64,000 bases of DNA from Anaerolineae bacterium. Lineage in GTDB: Bacteria > Chloroflexota > Anaerolineae > B4-G1 > DUEL01. A program made the translations under genes and the position numbers. This document shows, in pieces, positions 1 to 9,481 of this stretch; the stretch's first letter is position 1, and each line of letters starts with the position of its first letter. Under the pieces are notes generated by a model that worked only from the letters and a program-made list of their open reading frames with translations, was not told the DNA's origin and did not search any database. The stretch spans positions 1 to 64,000 of the forward strand of contig JBDOIF010000120.1 of NCBI GenBank assembly GCA_041082215.1, written 5' to 3'.

Positions 1-20
1 GGCCCGGCGGCCCGTCCCAT
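1..20 (-). CDS. Possible 5' end of a gene downstream of cstA (runs off window)
   Basis: ATG at 20 (MGRAAG...) preceded by purine-rich GGTGAGGG, 34 nt after cstA stop; only 6 codons visible. Confidence 0.3.
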
Positions 21-54
21 CCCTCACCGCTTTGTGCTCCTGTGCGGGCCAGGC

Positions 55-1824
55 CTACCGGCTGGCTGCTTTAGCCCGCAGCTCCGCCTGATACCGGCGG
101 ATCGAGCCTACAGCGTCCCAGACCAGGATGACCGCCAGCACCACCAGGATGAGGGCCAGGGCGCCAATGGTAATCTGGGCAACTTGGATGTTCCAGACGG
201 GAACTTTCTGGGCCTCGGCCAGTTTTGGCGCGTTGGGCAGGTTGCGGAAGAACGCGGCGTAGGCCGACCAGAGCAGCGCTCCCACAGTGGTAACAAACAT
301 GAACACGAAGGGCCAGAAGGTCCACTGGTAGTTCTTGGCCTTGGACATGAGCCACAGGGTGATGAGCATCAGGGCCAGGGAGGCCATCAACTGGTTGGCC
401 GCGCCGAACACGCCCCAAATCTGGAGGAAGGGCACGAACCAGATCAGGATGAGGGTGAACACCAGAGCGATGATGCTGCCGACATGGACGTTGCGCAGGA
501 TGGGGAAGCGGTCTCCCAGCGCCTCGGCGGTGGCCACGCGCATGAAGCGGACCACCAGGTGCATGATGGTCAGCGCCATCAGGGTGAGGAAAACGGCGCC
601 GTAGGCTGTGCCGAAGCCCTGGCCCAGGGCGGCGTCCAGCCCCCAGTAGTTCAGGAAAGTGGAAAGGCCCTGGGAGAAGATGCCCGCCGGGACAGTCCAG
701 CCCTTGAGTTCGGTGTATTGGGCGAAGCCGACGCCCACCGTGGCGGTCAGGAAAGCGATGGTGGCAAAGAACATCTCCAGGAACATTGCCCCGCCGCCGA
801 CGAAAAGGGCGTCCCCTTCCCGCTCCAACTGCCGTGCCGTGCCAGAGGAAGAGACCAGGCTGTGCCAGCCGGAGATGGCCCCGCAGGCGATGGTCACAAA
901 GAGCATGGGCCAGAGAGGGCCCGCTGGCGCCACAAACGTTTGGAAGGCCGGGAAGTCCCCCATCCCGGGATGGCCGATCAGGAGCCCGATGACGCCCCCT
1001 ACGATCCCCAGGAGGACGATCCAGAAGGCGACGTAGTTGATCGGCTGGGCCCAGCGCCAGATGGGGAGAATGGCACCCAGGTAACAGAAGACCAGCACCA
1101 GCAGGCTGCCGATAAAACCTGCCCGGGTCACCTGCAGGAAGAGGATCGGGCTTTTGCCTTCAGCGTCGAGGGCGTAGAGGGCGGTAAAGAAGTTCTTCAC
1201 CGCCGGCAGTGTCCCCACCCAGACGCCGACCAGAGCGATGACGACGGTGACCACGGTGGTGAGGATGATGTCCTGCTTCCACTTATAGGTCATTTGGCCG
1301 GCCAGGATACCCGCCAGCGTGACAATGATGACGCCCAGGGGCACAGCCGGCTTGGTGAGCAGGACAAAGCCCACCTGGATGCCAAAGGCGCCCATAATCA
1401 TCAGCAGATATACGTAGATGAAGGCCAGAAGGATATTGCGGGCACGGGGGGAGATGAGGCGATAACTGAGAGCGCCGAAGGTCTGTCCCTCTTCCCGGAC
1501 ACCCATAATGATGCTGCTGTAGTCCTGCACCCAGCCGATGAAGAAGGTGCCCAGGATGATCCACAGGAGGGCCGGAAGCCAGCCCCACTGGACCGCGATG
1601 ATGGGGCCCAGGATGGGGCCGAGGGCGGCGATGGACTTGAACTGATAGCCGAAGAGGACGTTCCGGTTAGCGGGGATGAAGTCAACGCCGTCCATGTACA
1701 TCTTGGCTGGCGTAGCCTTGCTGTCGTCCGGCTGGATAATCTTGCGATCGATCGTCTTCGCATAGACGCCGTAGCCGACGCCGATCCCTACGGCAGCCAG
1801 GACCAGGACCAAAAGGGCGTTCAT
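55..1824 (-). CDS. cstA: Carbon starvation protein A family peptide/pyruvate transporter
   Basis: 589 aa polytopic membrane protein with CstA motifs TPA-x4-DGVDFIP, FKSIAALGPILGP, FVTIACGAISGWHSLVSSSGT, FGAANQL; SD AAGGAGAGG. Confidence 0.93.
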   Translation of the reverse strand: MNALLVLVLAAVGIGVGYGVYAKTIDRKIIQPDDSKATPAKMYMDGVDFIPANRNVLFGYQFKSIAALGPILGPIIAVQWGWLPALLWIILGTFFIGWVQDYSSIIMGVREEGQTFGALSYRLISPRARNILLAFIYVYLLMIMGAFGIQVGFVLLTKPAVPLGVIIVTLAGILAGQMTYKWKQDIILTTVVTVVIALVGVWVGTLPAVKNFFTALYALDAEGKSPILFLQVTRAGFIGSLLVLVFCYLGAILPIWRWAQPINYVAFWIVLLGIVGGVIGLLIGHPGMGDFPAFQTFVAPAGPLWPMLFVTIACGAISGWHSLVSSSGTARQLEREGDALFVGGGAMFLEMFFATIAFLTATVGVGFAQYTELKGWTVPAGIFSQGLSTFLNYWGLDAALGQGFGTAYGAVFLTLMALTIMHLVVRFMRVATAEALGDRFPILRNVHVGSIIALVFTLILIWFVPFLQIWGVFGAANQLMASLALMLITLWLMSKAKNYQWTFWPFVFMFVTTVGALLWSAYAAFFRNLPNAPKLAEAQKVPVWNIQVAQITIGALALILVVLAVILVWDAVGSIRRYQAELRAKAASR

Positions 1825-2012
1825 TGCACACCTCTCCTTAAAGAATGGCTATGAGAGACACTCTATCGGCTAAACGGTTCTCCTGCAAGACTCGAGCCGC
1901 TTCTCCCTCCCCCGATTGCATCACCTCCTTTCCCTGTATCCGAGGGAGCCCGACGGCACTATGGAACTTGTTCACGTGCAGATAGACGCCTCTTTAGAAC
2001 CATCCGAAAGCC

Positions 2013-2040
2013 ATTTTAGTCAGAATGAAATGGATGTCAA
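2013..2040 (-). promoter_or_regulatory. sigma70-type promoter P1 for cstA
   Basis: TTGACA-16nt-TAAAAT on minus strand. Confidence 0.65.
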
Positions 2041-2116
2041 ATGGCCTCCGGTTACGCGATATGCCACAATATCAGGGCGAAATTCGCTTCCGGGCTTCCT
2101 TAACGCCTCCAGAATT

Positions 2117-2144
2117 ATTTTAATCTTTGTGGAGTGAATGTCAA
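2117..2144 (-). promoter_or_regulatory. sigma70-type promoter P2 for cstA
   Basis: Second TTGACA-16nt-TAAAAT, 104 bp upstream of P1. Confidence 0.65.
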
Positions 2145-2236
2145 GTTCATTGCCCGTGTGTTGTGAAAGCCTCCAACATCTGTAACACCCCCTCCTGTTA
2201 AAGGTTGCGTTCGCCGGGCTATCCCCCAGCCAGCCA

Positions 2237-3241
2237 TCACGGGCTCAGCCAGGGGTAGGGCGTGGGGGTTGGGGTAGGGGTCTGGCAGATCAGCGCCTGA
2301 CCGAGGAGGGTGTGGAGCTGGGGCCGGTCTGGCCCTACGGCCAGCGCATACTCCAGCATGACCTGTCCGCTGGCGCACTCCCCCACGTGTACATAAGCTG
2401 CTCCCAGGGCGGCGAACAGGTCGGCGACAGGGGTTTCGGAGATGAGATACAGGGAGGGGTCTCCTCTCTCTGCCAGCGCCCGGGCCTGTTCGTAGCAGGT
2501 ACGGGCGTTGGCCCAGGCCCCGTCGGCGGCGTAGGCCTCTCCCAGCGCATACCAGGTGGCTGCTGGTCCCCCTCTCCCCAATGCCTCGACCAGCGTGCGG
2601 ATGGCGGCGCGGGGGTTGCCCTGGGCGATGAGGGCACGGCCCAGGTAGTAGGGGCCTAGCGGGTCGTCGGGGTGGGCGTTCATGTACTCGTTGGCCAGGG
2701 CTACCATTCGATTCCCCTGCCAGCCTGCGGCTGCGGCCTGCCAGCGGGCGGGGAAGAGCGGATCGGCCAGGCCGGGGTCCAGACGGACCGCCTGTTCGTA
2801 GGCCTGAAGGGCATGGACCGGGTCGCCGAACGCGCGCCGGAGCACCTCTCCCAGCAGGGCGTAGGCGGCGGCGTTTTCCGGGTCGGCGGCGACCGCTGCC
2901 TGGGCATCGGCCAGGGCCTCCTGTGGCTTCCCCAGGGTCAGGTAAAGGGAACCTCGCCCCACATAGGCGGGCGCGAGGGTGGGGTCCAGCGCCAGCGCCC
3001 GGGAGAACGCCTCCACCGCCCCCTCCGTATCGCCGGCTGTCTGCAGGGCTATCCCTTCCTGGTAGGCCCTCCTGGCCATTTCCAGCCGGTCCGGCGTGGG
3101 GGTGGAGGGGATGCGGGTGGGGAGGCTGAGGGGGGAAGCGGTGGGACTGGGGGAGGCGCACCCCGTCAGCATCGCCGCCGCCATCCCTACTGCCAGGAGG
3201 AAGAGCACCCTGTGTGTTGCACCGTCACCTGCCATTTGCAT
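2237..3241 (-). CDS. TPR-repeat lipoprotein
   Basis: Hydrophobic signal with lipobox LTGC, Pro/Thr linker, multiple TPR repeats (ALALDPTLAPAYVGRG, DPENAAAYALLG); start 3241 or 3235. Confidence 0.82.
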   Translation of the reverse strand: MQMAGDGATHRVLFLLAVGMAAAMLTGCASPSPTASPLSLPTRIPSTPTPDRLEMARRAYQEGIALQTAGDTEGAVEAFSRALALDPTLAPAYVGRGSLYLTLGKPQEALADAQAAVAADPENAAAYALLGEVLRRAFGDPVHALQAYEQAVRLDPGLADPLFPARWQAAAAGWQGNRMVALANEYMNAHPDDPLGPYYLGRALIAQGNPRAAIRTLVEALGRGGPAATWYALGEAYAADGAWANARTCYEQARALAERGDPSLYLISETPVADLFAALGAAYVHVGECASGQVMLEYALAVGPDRPQLHTLLGQALICQTPTPTPTPYPWLSP

Positions 3242-3261
3242 TTGCTGCTTTCAGCTCTGGC

Positions 3262-3286
3262 GACAGGCTGGAAAGCCTGTCCTGCA
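3262..3286. repeat. REP-like palindrome (CAGGCTTTCCAGCCTG family)
   Basis: GACAGGCTGGAAAGCCTGTCCTGCA; same family as 4827-4911, 17380-17408, 34122-34187. Confidence 0.75.
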
Positions 3287-3422
3287 AGGTTTCACCGTTT
3301 TTCTCTGTTTCCTCTGTGTCTCTGTGGTTTTTCTCCTGCCGCAAGTGCGTAACTCCTGTCCGCGAAAGTATAGCTCACCTGGAGGAAGAGGCAAATAGCT
3401 TCCCTTCTCTGAGGTTGGGAGG

Positions 3423-3482
3423 GGGTAAGGGGAGGGGTGAGGGTCGCTCTCCCATCCTGTCCGAACGCTTGTCCGAAGCCCA
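3423..3482. repeat. ~60-bp dispersed repeat (copy 1) with TGTCCGAA direct repeat
   Basis: Reverse complement closely matches 38553-38611. Confidence 0.7.
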
Positions 3483-3583
3483 GCCTTCTCTCTTGCGCTG
3501 CCTGGAGTTTTCGGGTAAACTCCGACAGGAAGAGCGCCCTGTTGTCAGTTTTTTGTTCAGCTTTCCCCTTAAGGAGACAGCCT

Positions 3584-4825
3584 ATGTTCGAAGCGATGTT
3601 GAGCGCGGAGCAGCGCAGGCTGCGGGACGAGGTGCGGGAGTTCGTCCGCTGGGTGCCCCGGCAATTGATCCTGGATATGGATGCCGACCGCGTCCGCTAC
3701 CCCCGCGAGTTCGTGCAGGAGGCCGGACGGCGGAACCTCCTGGGGCTGCGGTTCCCACCCGAATACGGCGGACGAGGCCTGCGCTGGGAGGATGAGATCA
3801 TTGCCATCGAAGAGGTGGGGGTGCTGGGCACGGCTCTGGCCTGCGCCTATGTGATGCCCTCCATCGTCGGCGAGGCGCTGATGGCTTTCGGGACGCCGGA
3901 GCAGAAGGAGCGGTGGCTGCGGCCGCTGGCAAGGGGCGAGAAGGTCGCCGCCGAAGCCCTCACTGAGCCCCGGGGTGGCTCCGACTTCTTCGGTACCACC
4001 ACGGTGGCCCGGCGGGAGGGGGACGATTACGTCCTGCGGGGGCAGAAGCGGTTCATCGTGGGCGCAGCCGAGGCGGACTTCTTCCTGGTCTATGCCCGCA
4101 CCAACCCCAATCCCCAGGCCCCGCCCCATCAGTCCATCAGCGCCTTCATCGTCGAGCGGGGGCCGGGGGTGGATGTGGAGTACCTCTACGGCCTCCTGGG
4201 CACACGGGGCGGCGGGACGGGCCGTCTGGTGTTCCGGGATGCCCGCGTACCGGCGGAGAATCTGGTCGGAGAGGAAAACGGCGCAGCGGAGATCTTCTAC
4301 CGCATGATGGTCCCGGAGCGGATGACCAGCGCGGCGGGCGCTATCGGGATGGGGCGGGCCGCTCTGGAGGTGGCAGCCCGCTACTCCGACCGGCGCAAAG
4401 CTTTCGGGGAGAAGATCCGTCGCTTCGAGGCGGTCAGTTTCAAGGTGGCCGATTCCATCACGCTCCTGGACGCCGCCCGCGGCCTGGTCTACGGCGCGGC
4501 CCGCAGTGTGGACGCCGACGACGACCCACGTCGGTCCCGCCGCCTGGTCTCCGAGGCCAAGAAGTTCGCCACCGAGGCGGCCTGGCAGGTGGTCAACCAC
4601 GCTATGCAGATTCTGGGCGGCATCGGCTATACCAGCGTCTACCCTATCGAGCGGCTGCTGCGGGATACGCGGCTGATTATGATCTGGACCGGCACCAGCG
4701 AAGTGATGGACCTCATTATCCAGCACGAATATTACAGAGAGGTCCTTTCCCCCCAACCCGATGTGCGCGATCTGGAGGAGGACGCGCCGGAGGCGAACCG
4801 GGAGGAAGAGAAGGTGTACGAGTAA
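3584..4825 (+). CDS. Acyl-CoA dehydrogenase
   Basis: [42 protein letters not shown] motifs; ATG 3584 after SD AAGGAG. Confidence 0.93.
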   Translation: MFEAMLSAEQRRLRDEVREFVRWVPRQLILDMDADRVRYPREFVQEAGRRNLLGLRFPPEYGGRGLRWEDEIIAIEEVGVLGTALACAYVMPSIVGEALMAFGTPEQKERWLRPLARGEKVAAEALTEPRGGSDFFGTTTVARREGDDYVLRGQKRFIVGAAEADFFLVYARTNPNPQAPPHQSISAFIVERGPGVDVEYLYGLLGTRGGGTGRLVFRDARVPAENLVGEENGAAEIFYRMMVPERMTSAAGAIGMGRAALEVAARYSDRRKAFGEKIRRFEAVSFKVADSITLLDAARGLVYGAARSVDADDDPRRSRRLVSEAKKFATEAAWQVVNHAMQILGGIGYTSVYPIERLLRDTRLIMIWTGTSEVMDLIIQHEYYREVLSPQPDVRDLEEDAPEANREEEKVYE

Positions 4826-4826
4826 C

Positions 4827-4911
4827 GCAGGGCGAGCCTTCCAGCCAGTCGTTTGTAGGGCAGGCTTTCCGGTCTGTTGCCAGATAGGGCAGGCTGAAAG
4901 CCTGCCCTACA
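4827..4911. repeat. GTAG-REP cluster (REPIN-like) between convergent genes
   Basis: Degenerate copy 4827-4850, TGTAGGGCAGGCTTTCC 4854-4870 and inverted AGGGCAGGCTGAAAGCCTGCCCTACA 4886-4911. Confidence 0.8.
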
Positions 4912-6310
4912 TTTCTGTCAATCGGGCGTGCTTTTCTCTGTGGAGTGCCAGCACCTCCGCCTGCACCCGGGCCAGGTACGCCCCCCGCAGAGGATACCAT
5001 TTGAGGATGACGGCCCCCACGATCAGCGCCGCCCCCGGGATCAGGCCGACGAGGGAGCGGATGCCGAATAGTGCGCTCAGCGGCTGGTCGAGGACTATCT
5101 GCCCACCGTAGGCCTCCCGGGGTATAAAATGGCTTGCCTCAAGGACGGCAGGGATGAGCGCCAGCGCCAGCGACTGGGCCGGCTTCGTCAGCAGCGCGTT
5201 GACGCCGAAGAAAGCCCCCTCCCGCCGCACGCCGGACCGCAGCTCGTCCTCGTCGGCCACCTGGGCGAAAAGGACGTTGGTGAGGGTCTGGGAGCCAGCC
5301 AGGCCGAATCCCCCCAGGGCCAGGCAGATCAGGATCAGGGGGGGCGGCGCCACTGTGACGAGGATCAGGCCGAAGCCGCAGACCAGCAGGAGCAGTTGCT
5401 GGGCGCCGACGACCCCCAGGCGCCTGCGGATCAGCGTCGTCGTCGGAATGCCGATCACCAGCGGGATGAAGACGAAGGCCATCAGGAGGACCGCATCCAT
5501 TTGCAGCACGTAGTCGGCCAGGTAGAACAGTCCTCCCAGGACCAGCGACTGCATCAGGATGGCGGTGAAGTTCTGTGCGACCAGGATCAGGAAAGAGCGG
5601 CTGGCGAAGGTGTGCCGGATGGCCTCCCCGATCCTGAGCGGGGGATCGCCCCGGTAGAATTCGGGCCGTTCCCGGACCCGCAGGGTGGTGATGACGATCA
5701 GCGCTGCGCCAACCGCGCCGACAAAGATCATGGCGGCCCGCAGCGGCAGGAACGAACCCGCTCCGCTCCCCTTAGGACGGAACAGGTCCGGGACGATGAA
5801 GCCCAGGATGAAGCCCAGCAGTGCGAAGAGGGAGGAGGAAATCTGCAGCCCGTTCCTCTCGGCATCCGACTCGGTGACCTCCGGCAACAGCGCCGAGTAG
5901 GTCAGGCCAACAATGGTGTAGGCGGTGTCGTAGAGGAGCATCGTCGTCAGCATCCAGGCAAAGACGGCCTGTTGCCCTGCCCGGGCCGGCGCAAACCAGA
6001 CCAGTGCGAAGGTCAACCCCAGGAACGGTGCGGTGTACCGCATATAAGGAATGCGCCGCCCGCGCCTGAAACGTGTGCTGTCGGTGATGTAGCCGAAGAG
6101 CGGGTCGTTGAGGGCGTTCCAGACGGCGTAGACGAAGGAGGCGATCCCTATCCAGCGGGCCTGCAGGCCCAGGTAGTCCTGGTAGAAGATGGGCAGGAGG
6201 GTGCTGTAGGTGCCGGAGATGAGGGAGGAGCCTAACGAGGCGACGCCCCAGATCAGTTTGTACCCCCGGCTCAGCCGGGGAGGTGCTTCCGGCTCTCCTT
6301 GTCGGACCAT
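4907..6310 (-). CDS. GPH family (MelB-like) glycoside:cation symporter, MFS
   Basis: WNALNDPLFGYITD..GRRIPY, ALLPEVT...ER, DEDELRSGVRREGAFFG; true start ATG 6310 (ORF-track extension overlaps the kinase). Confidence 0.88.
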   Translation of the reverse strand: MVRQGEPEAPPRLSRGYKLIWGVASLGSSLISGTYSTLLPIFYQDYLGLQARWIGIASFVYAVWNALNDPLFGYITDSTRFRRGRRIPYMRYTAPFLGLTFALVWFAPARAGQQAVFAWMLTTMLLYDTAYTIVGLTYSALLPEVTESDAERNGLQISSSLFALLGFILGFIVPDLFRPKGSGAGSFLPLRAAMIFVGAVGAALIVITTLRVRERPEFYRGDPPLRIGEAIRHTFASRSFLILVAQNFTAILMQSLVLGGLFYLADYVLQMDAVLLMAFVFIPLVIGIPTTTLIRRRLGVVGAQQLLLLVCGFGLILVTVAPPPLILICLALGGFGLAGSQTLTNVLFAQVADEDELRSGVRREGAFFGVNALLTKPAQSLALALIPAVLEASHFIPREAYGGQIVLDQPLSALFGIRSLVGLIPGAALIVGAVILKWYPLRGAYLARVQAEVLALHREKHARLTEM

Positions 6311-7449
6311 TGGGCTTCTCCTTTCCTGGCTGCACACTGCACCCGCAGTCCATCCCGGTCCACGTGGGCCAGCCAGACCCGGGCGGCCTTCAGGCCCAGG
6401 TCGGTGGCGGCGGCCTCCAGTGCTGCAGCCAGGCCCTCCTCTTCTCCTGGCCTGGCCAGCGCGAAGACCGACCCCCCGCCCCCGGCGCCGGTCAGTTTGG
6501 CCCCCAGCGCGCCGGCCTCCAGCGCCGCCTCGATCAGCCGGTTGCTGGCCGTCCCCGCCCCGCCGGGCAGACCGCAATAGGTCATTATCTCGTCCACCAG
6601 CCGGTGGTTCTCCACCATCAGCTTCCCAAACCTCTCCCAATCCCGCTCCAGGAGCGCGATCTTCCCCCTCCAGGCCGTCTCCCCGACCCGCCTCATCGCC
6701 TCCACCATAAAGGACGCTGGCCCTCTTCGCCTGCGGACGGCGAATTCTTCAAGATAGCGGGCACGCATCACCCTGTGCACGTCCCCCGAATCCCGCTCGA
6801 CCCCGGTGAAAACGACCACCAGCGGCAGGTCCGGCACCCACCGGTCCAGCCGCTCGTATGTGGCGAAGGGTTCCTGGCCGAGAGGCCGCTGGCGAAGTTT
6901 GCCCCGATAGTCCACATAGGCCAGCCCGCCGAAGAGGGGGACGTATCGGTCGGCGTAGCCGCAGGTGATCCCCAGCTCCCGGGCCTCCACCCGCTGGGCC
7001 AGCTCGGCCAGGACGTAGTCGTTGTGGGTGTGGGGATCGAGCTCATAGAAGGCCCGCAGCCCTGCCAGCGCCAGCAGCACCAGCAGGGAGGAGCCTCCCA
7101 ACCCCGACTGGCGGGGCACATCGGTCCAGGTGGCGATGCGGATCCCTCCCCGTTCCCTCAACCTCTCCCTGAACAGGGCACTCCAGGAATAAAGCCGGTT
7201 GATCGCCCCCTTCAGCAGGTCGAGCGTACCGTCGTAGGGGTAGGGTGGGGGGACATCGAACGTCCGCCGGGCCAGTGTTTCCCCCTCCCGGGTGGTCGCC
7301 TCCAGCACCACCCCTTCGGCCGGCTCGGCTGTAGCTCCGGCGTAGAGGTCTATGGCGGCGGAGATCGTGGCGTGAGCTCCCTCCACGCCGTCCGAGGGGT
7401 TGCCGAGGATGTTCACCCGCGCAGGGATGATCAGCTCATACCGCCTCAT
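6271..7449 (-). CDS. GHMP-family sugar kinase (glucuronokinase-like)
   Basis: PARVNILGNPSDG, ATP loop DVPRQSGLGGSS, GITCGYADR, GAKLTGAGGGGS; ATG 7449. Confidence 0.85.
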   Translation of the reverse strand: MRRYELIIPARVNILGNPSDGVEGAHATISAAIDLYAGATAEPAEGVVLEATTREGETLARRTFDVPPPYPYDGTLDLLKGAINRLYSWSALFRERLRERGGIRIATWTDVPRQSGLGGSSLLVLLALAGLRAFYELDPHTHNDYVLAELAQRVEARELGITCGYADRYVPLFGGLAYVDYRGKLRQRPLGQEPFATYERLDRWVPDLPLVVVFTGVERDSGDVHRVMRARYLEEFAVRRRRGPASFMVEAMRRVGETAWRGKIALLERDWERFGKLMVENHRLVDEIMTYCGLPGGAGTASNRLIEAALEAGALGAKLTGAGGGGSVFALARPGEEEGLAAALEAAATDLGLKAARVWLAHVDRDGLRVQCAARKGEAQWSDKESRKHLPG

Positions 7450-9376
7450 TCTGCGCCCCGTCCGTTTCCAGCAGAAGCACCGTATACACATCGAGCCACA
7501 GCCGCAGGGAGCACCCCTCGAGGGTGGAGGTCTCCTCGCCGTCGGGGGAAAGGGCCCGGGCGCGGACCGGCCAGGGCAGCTCTACCCGCACCTCCTGTGG
7601 CGCGTCGTCGTAGTTGACCAGATGGAGCTGGTCGGTCGCCCCCTGTCGCCACCAGGTGATCAGCACCGGCCTGGCGGCCCGGACGCGGGGGAGGGAGAGG
7701 CTGCCCACCGCTTCGAGCAGCGCCGACCGCTCCTCTACCGTCGGAACGCGGAAGAGGGGGTTGCCCTCGGCCCCTCCCTGGATGATCCGCTGGGTGATGT
7801 GCAGGCCGTCGAGGAGGCGGCGGAAAGGGCGACTGGAGAAGTAAGCCCGGTAGAGGGCCATTCCCCCCCGTCCCACCAGGCTCCGCAGGGTGGGGTGGCG
7901 CTGGAGGAAGGTGGGTCCGGGCCGCTCCCGCAGCCAGACCGATCGGGCCTGTGGCCACGTCTCGCCCAGCGCGACCACCCGTCCGCCCGATCCGATGAAG
8001 CTCTCCACTCGCCGCCGGAGCGGCTCGGAGCGGGAGGGGGGAAGGATGAGCAGCTCGACCCCCTCCCAGCTTCCGGAGCCGACGATGCGGAAGGGGATCC
8101 CTTCGACCAGCAGGGCCTGGCAGGCGGCGAAGGTGAGGGGGGCGGCGTAGCTCCACTCGAAGGGCAGGGTGTCATACGGAAAGTAGACGGCGACGGGCGA
8201 GCGTTCCTGCCGCCCTTCGTACAGTTCTGCGTGCGCCTCCAGCCAGCGGTGGATGCGTCCCAGCGCCTCCCGCTCGGCGGCGAAGGGGGCGCTGGTGAGC
8301 AGCGTGAAGCCCCCGTCCCGCTCGTCATAGAACTCCGTCCCTTTGACAACGGTTCCGGTGCCGCAGGCGGCTCCTTCGGCCACCGCCCGCCGGAACTGAC
8401 GGGGGGTGTAGACGGGGTCGAAGCCGATGCCAGCGATGTAGGGGTCGGTGGTGACAGGCGTATCCCCGACCCAGGCGCGGGCCGCCTTGCAGGTGATCCC
8501 GTTGTTGACCACCATCCGGTCGGAGACGATACGGGGGAGGCTGTGGTCCTCGATCATCACCAGATCGGAGACGCGAGCCGCCTGCCGCAGGTCCACCCCG
8601 AAGTCGGCGTAGTGGTTCCGGTTGATGACGTCATAGACGTTCTCGGCGACGACGACGCCGGGCCGCAGGGAGCGGGCGTATTCGGCCAGTTCTCCCACCA
8701 GTTGCCACATCTCATCGGCCCGCCAGGAGAGGTAGTGGCGGGTCCGGGGATCATCGGGGTCGAGCTGGCGGGGGATGGGATCCCCGCCGGAGGCGCGGGG
8801 GTAGGCAGCCTGGCAGCGGGAGCAGTAGCAGCCCGCGCCGGTGACCCAGGTGTCGAACAGGCTGATGGCGTGGAGGCCCATCCAGGGGTTGTCCAGGAAG
8901 ACCCCATCGGCTCCGGCCTCGACCACCCCGCGTACCCGTTCCCGGAGCTGCTGACGCCATTCGGGGTGGTGGAGGCAGACCATGTACCGGCCGGTGTAGT
9001 AGTGGATGGGGCGGCCCCAGGGGTCGAGGGCGTACCAGTCCTTCTGCCGGTAGGAGCCGGTGTAGACGCAGTTGGAAAGCTGCACGTAGCCGAAGGCCCG
9101 AATGCCGGCCTGGTGGAAGACCTCCACGGCCCGGCGAAAACTCTCCCGCTGGGCCTCGTCCTCTTCGGGGGGGAAGCCCCAGTTGTACATCAGGTAGGCC
9201 CAGTTGAATCCGGCTTCGACCAGGAGGCGGGCCGCCTGGGGGGTATGGGCCTCCAGATGGACTCCCTCGTTGACCGGTGCGCCCATGAACTTGAGCCGGT
9301 TCATCCGTATCGTATCCGGGCCGGCCCAGAAGTAGACGGGCCGATGGTGTCCGACGGCGAAGTTCGCTTTCCCCAT
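7436..9376 (-). CDS. Putative glycoside hydrolase (TIM barrel plus GATase-like trimerization domain)
   Basis: GADGVFLDN, CYCSRC zinc-like motif, SPVAVYFP and C-terminal HLVNYD typical of GHL6/GH42-like proteins; SD AGGAGG. Confidence 0.7.
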   Translation of the reverse strand: MGKANFAVGHHRPVYFWAGPDTIRMNRLKFMGAPVNEGVHLEAHTPQAARLLVEAGFNWAYLMYNWGFPPEEDEAQRESFRRAVEVFHQAGIRAFGYVQLSNCVYTGSYRQKDWYALDPWGRPIHYYTGRYMVCLHHPEWRQQLRERVRGVVEAGADGVFLDNPWMGLHAISLFDTWVTGAGCYCSRCQAAYPRASGGDPIPRQLDPDDPRTRHYLSWRADEMWQLVGELAEYARSLRPGVVVAENVYDVINRNHYADFGVDLRQAARVSDLVMIEDHSLPRIVSDRMVVNNGITCKAARAWVGDTPVTTDPYIAGIGFDPVYTPRQFRRAVAEGAACGTGTVVKGTEFYDERDGGFTLLTSAPFAAEREALGRIHRWLEAHAELYEGRQERSPVAVYFPYDTLPFEWSYAAPLTFAACQALLVEGIPFRIVGSGSWEGVELLILPPSRSEPLRRRVESFIGSGGRVVALGETWPQARSVWLRERPGPTFLQRHPTLRSLVGRGGMALYRAYFSSRPFRRLLDGLHITQRIIQGGAEGNPLFRVPTVEERSALLEAVGSLSLPRVRAARPVLITWWRQGATDQLHLVNYDDAPQEVRVELPWPVRARALSPDGEETSTLEGCSLRLWLDVYTVLLLETDGAQNEAV

Positions 9377-9393
9377 TTGAACCTCCTGAACGG

Positions 9394-9456
9394 ATACTAG
9401 CCAAGAAGGGGGGTTCTGTCAAGCGAGTTGACCTTTGTACTCTTTGATGCTACAAT
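9394..9456. promoter_or_regulatory. Back-to-back divergent sigma70 promoters
   Basis: Minus: TTGACA(9422-9417)-17-TAGTAT(9399-9394); plus: TTGACC(9428-9433)-17-TACAAT(9451-9456) with extended TG. Confidence 0.75.
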
Positions 9457-9481
9457 TCCTGGTGGAAGGACCTCCAAACCT

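Noticed and set aside
34..1854. 606-aa plus-strand ORF (and similar long antisense ORFs, e.g. 7400-9400, 13871-16096, 24913-26394, 30843-34367, 51252-53192)
   Set aside because: Shadow ORFs opposite well-supported genes; expected at high GC, no recognisable motifs
1919..1931. ATCACCTCCTTT resembling the 16S rRNA 3' end
   Set aside because: Only about 12 nt match with no upstream rRNA sequence; it is an SD-like motif on the minus strand
2158..2202. cre/Rex-like operator TTGTGAAAGCCTCCAACA upstream of cstA promoters
   Set aside because: Symmetry too weak to assign a regulator
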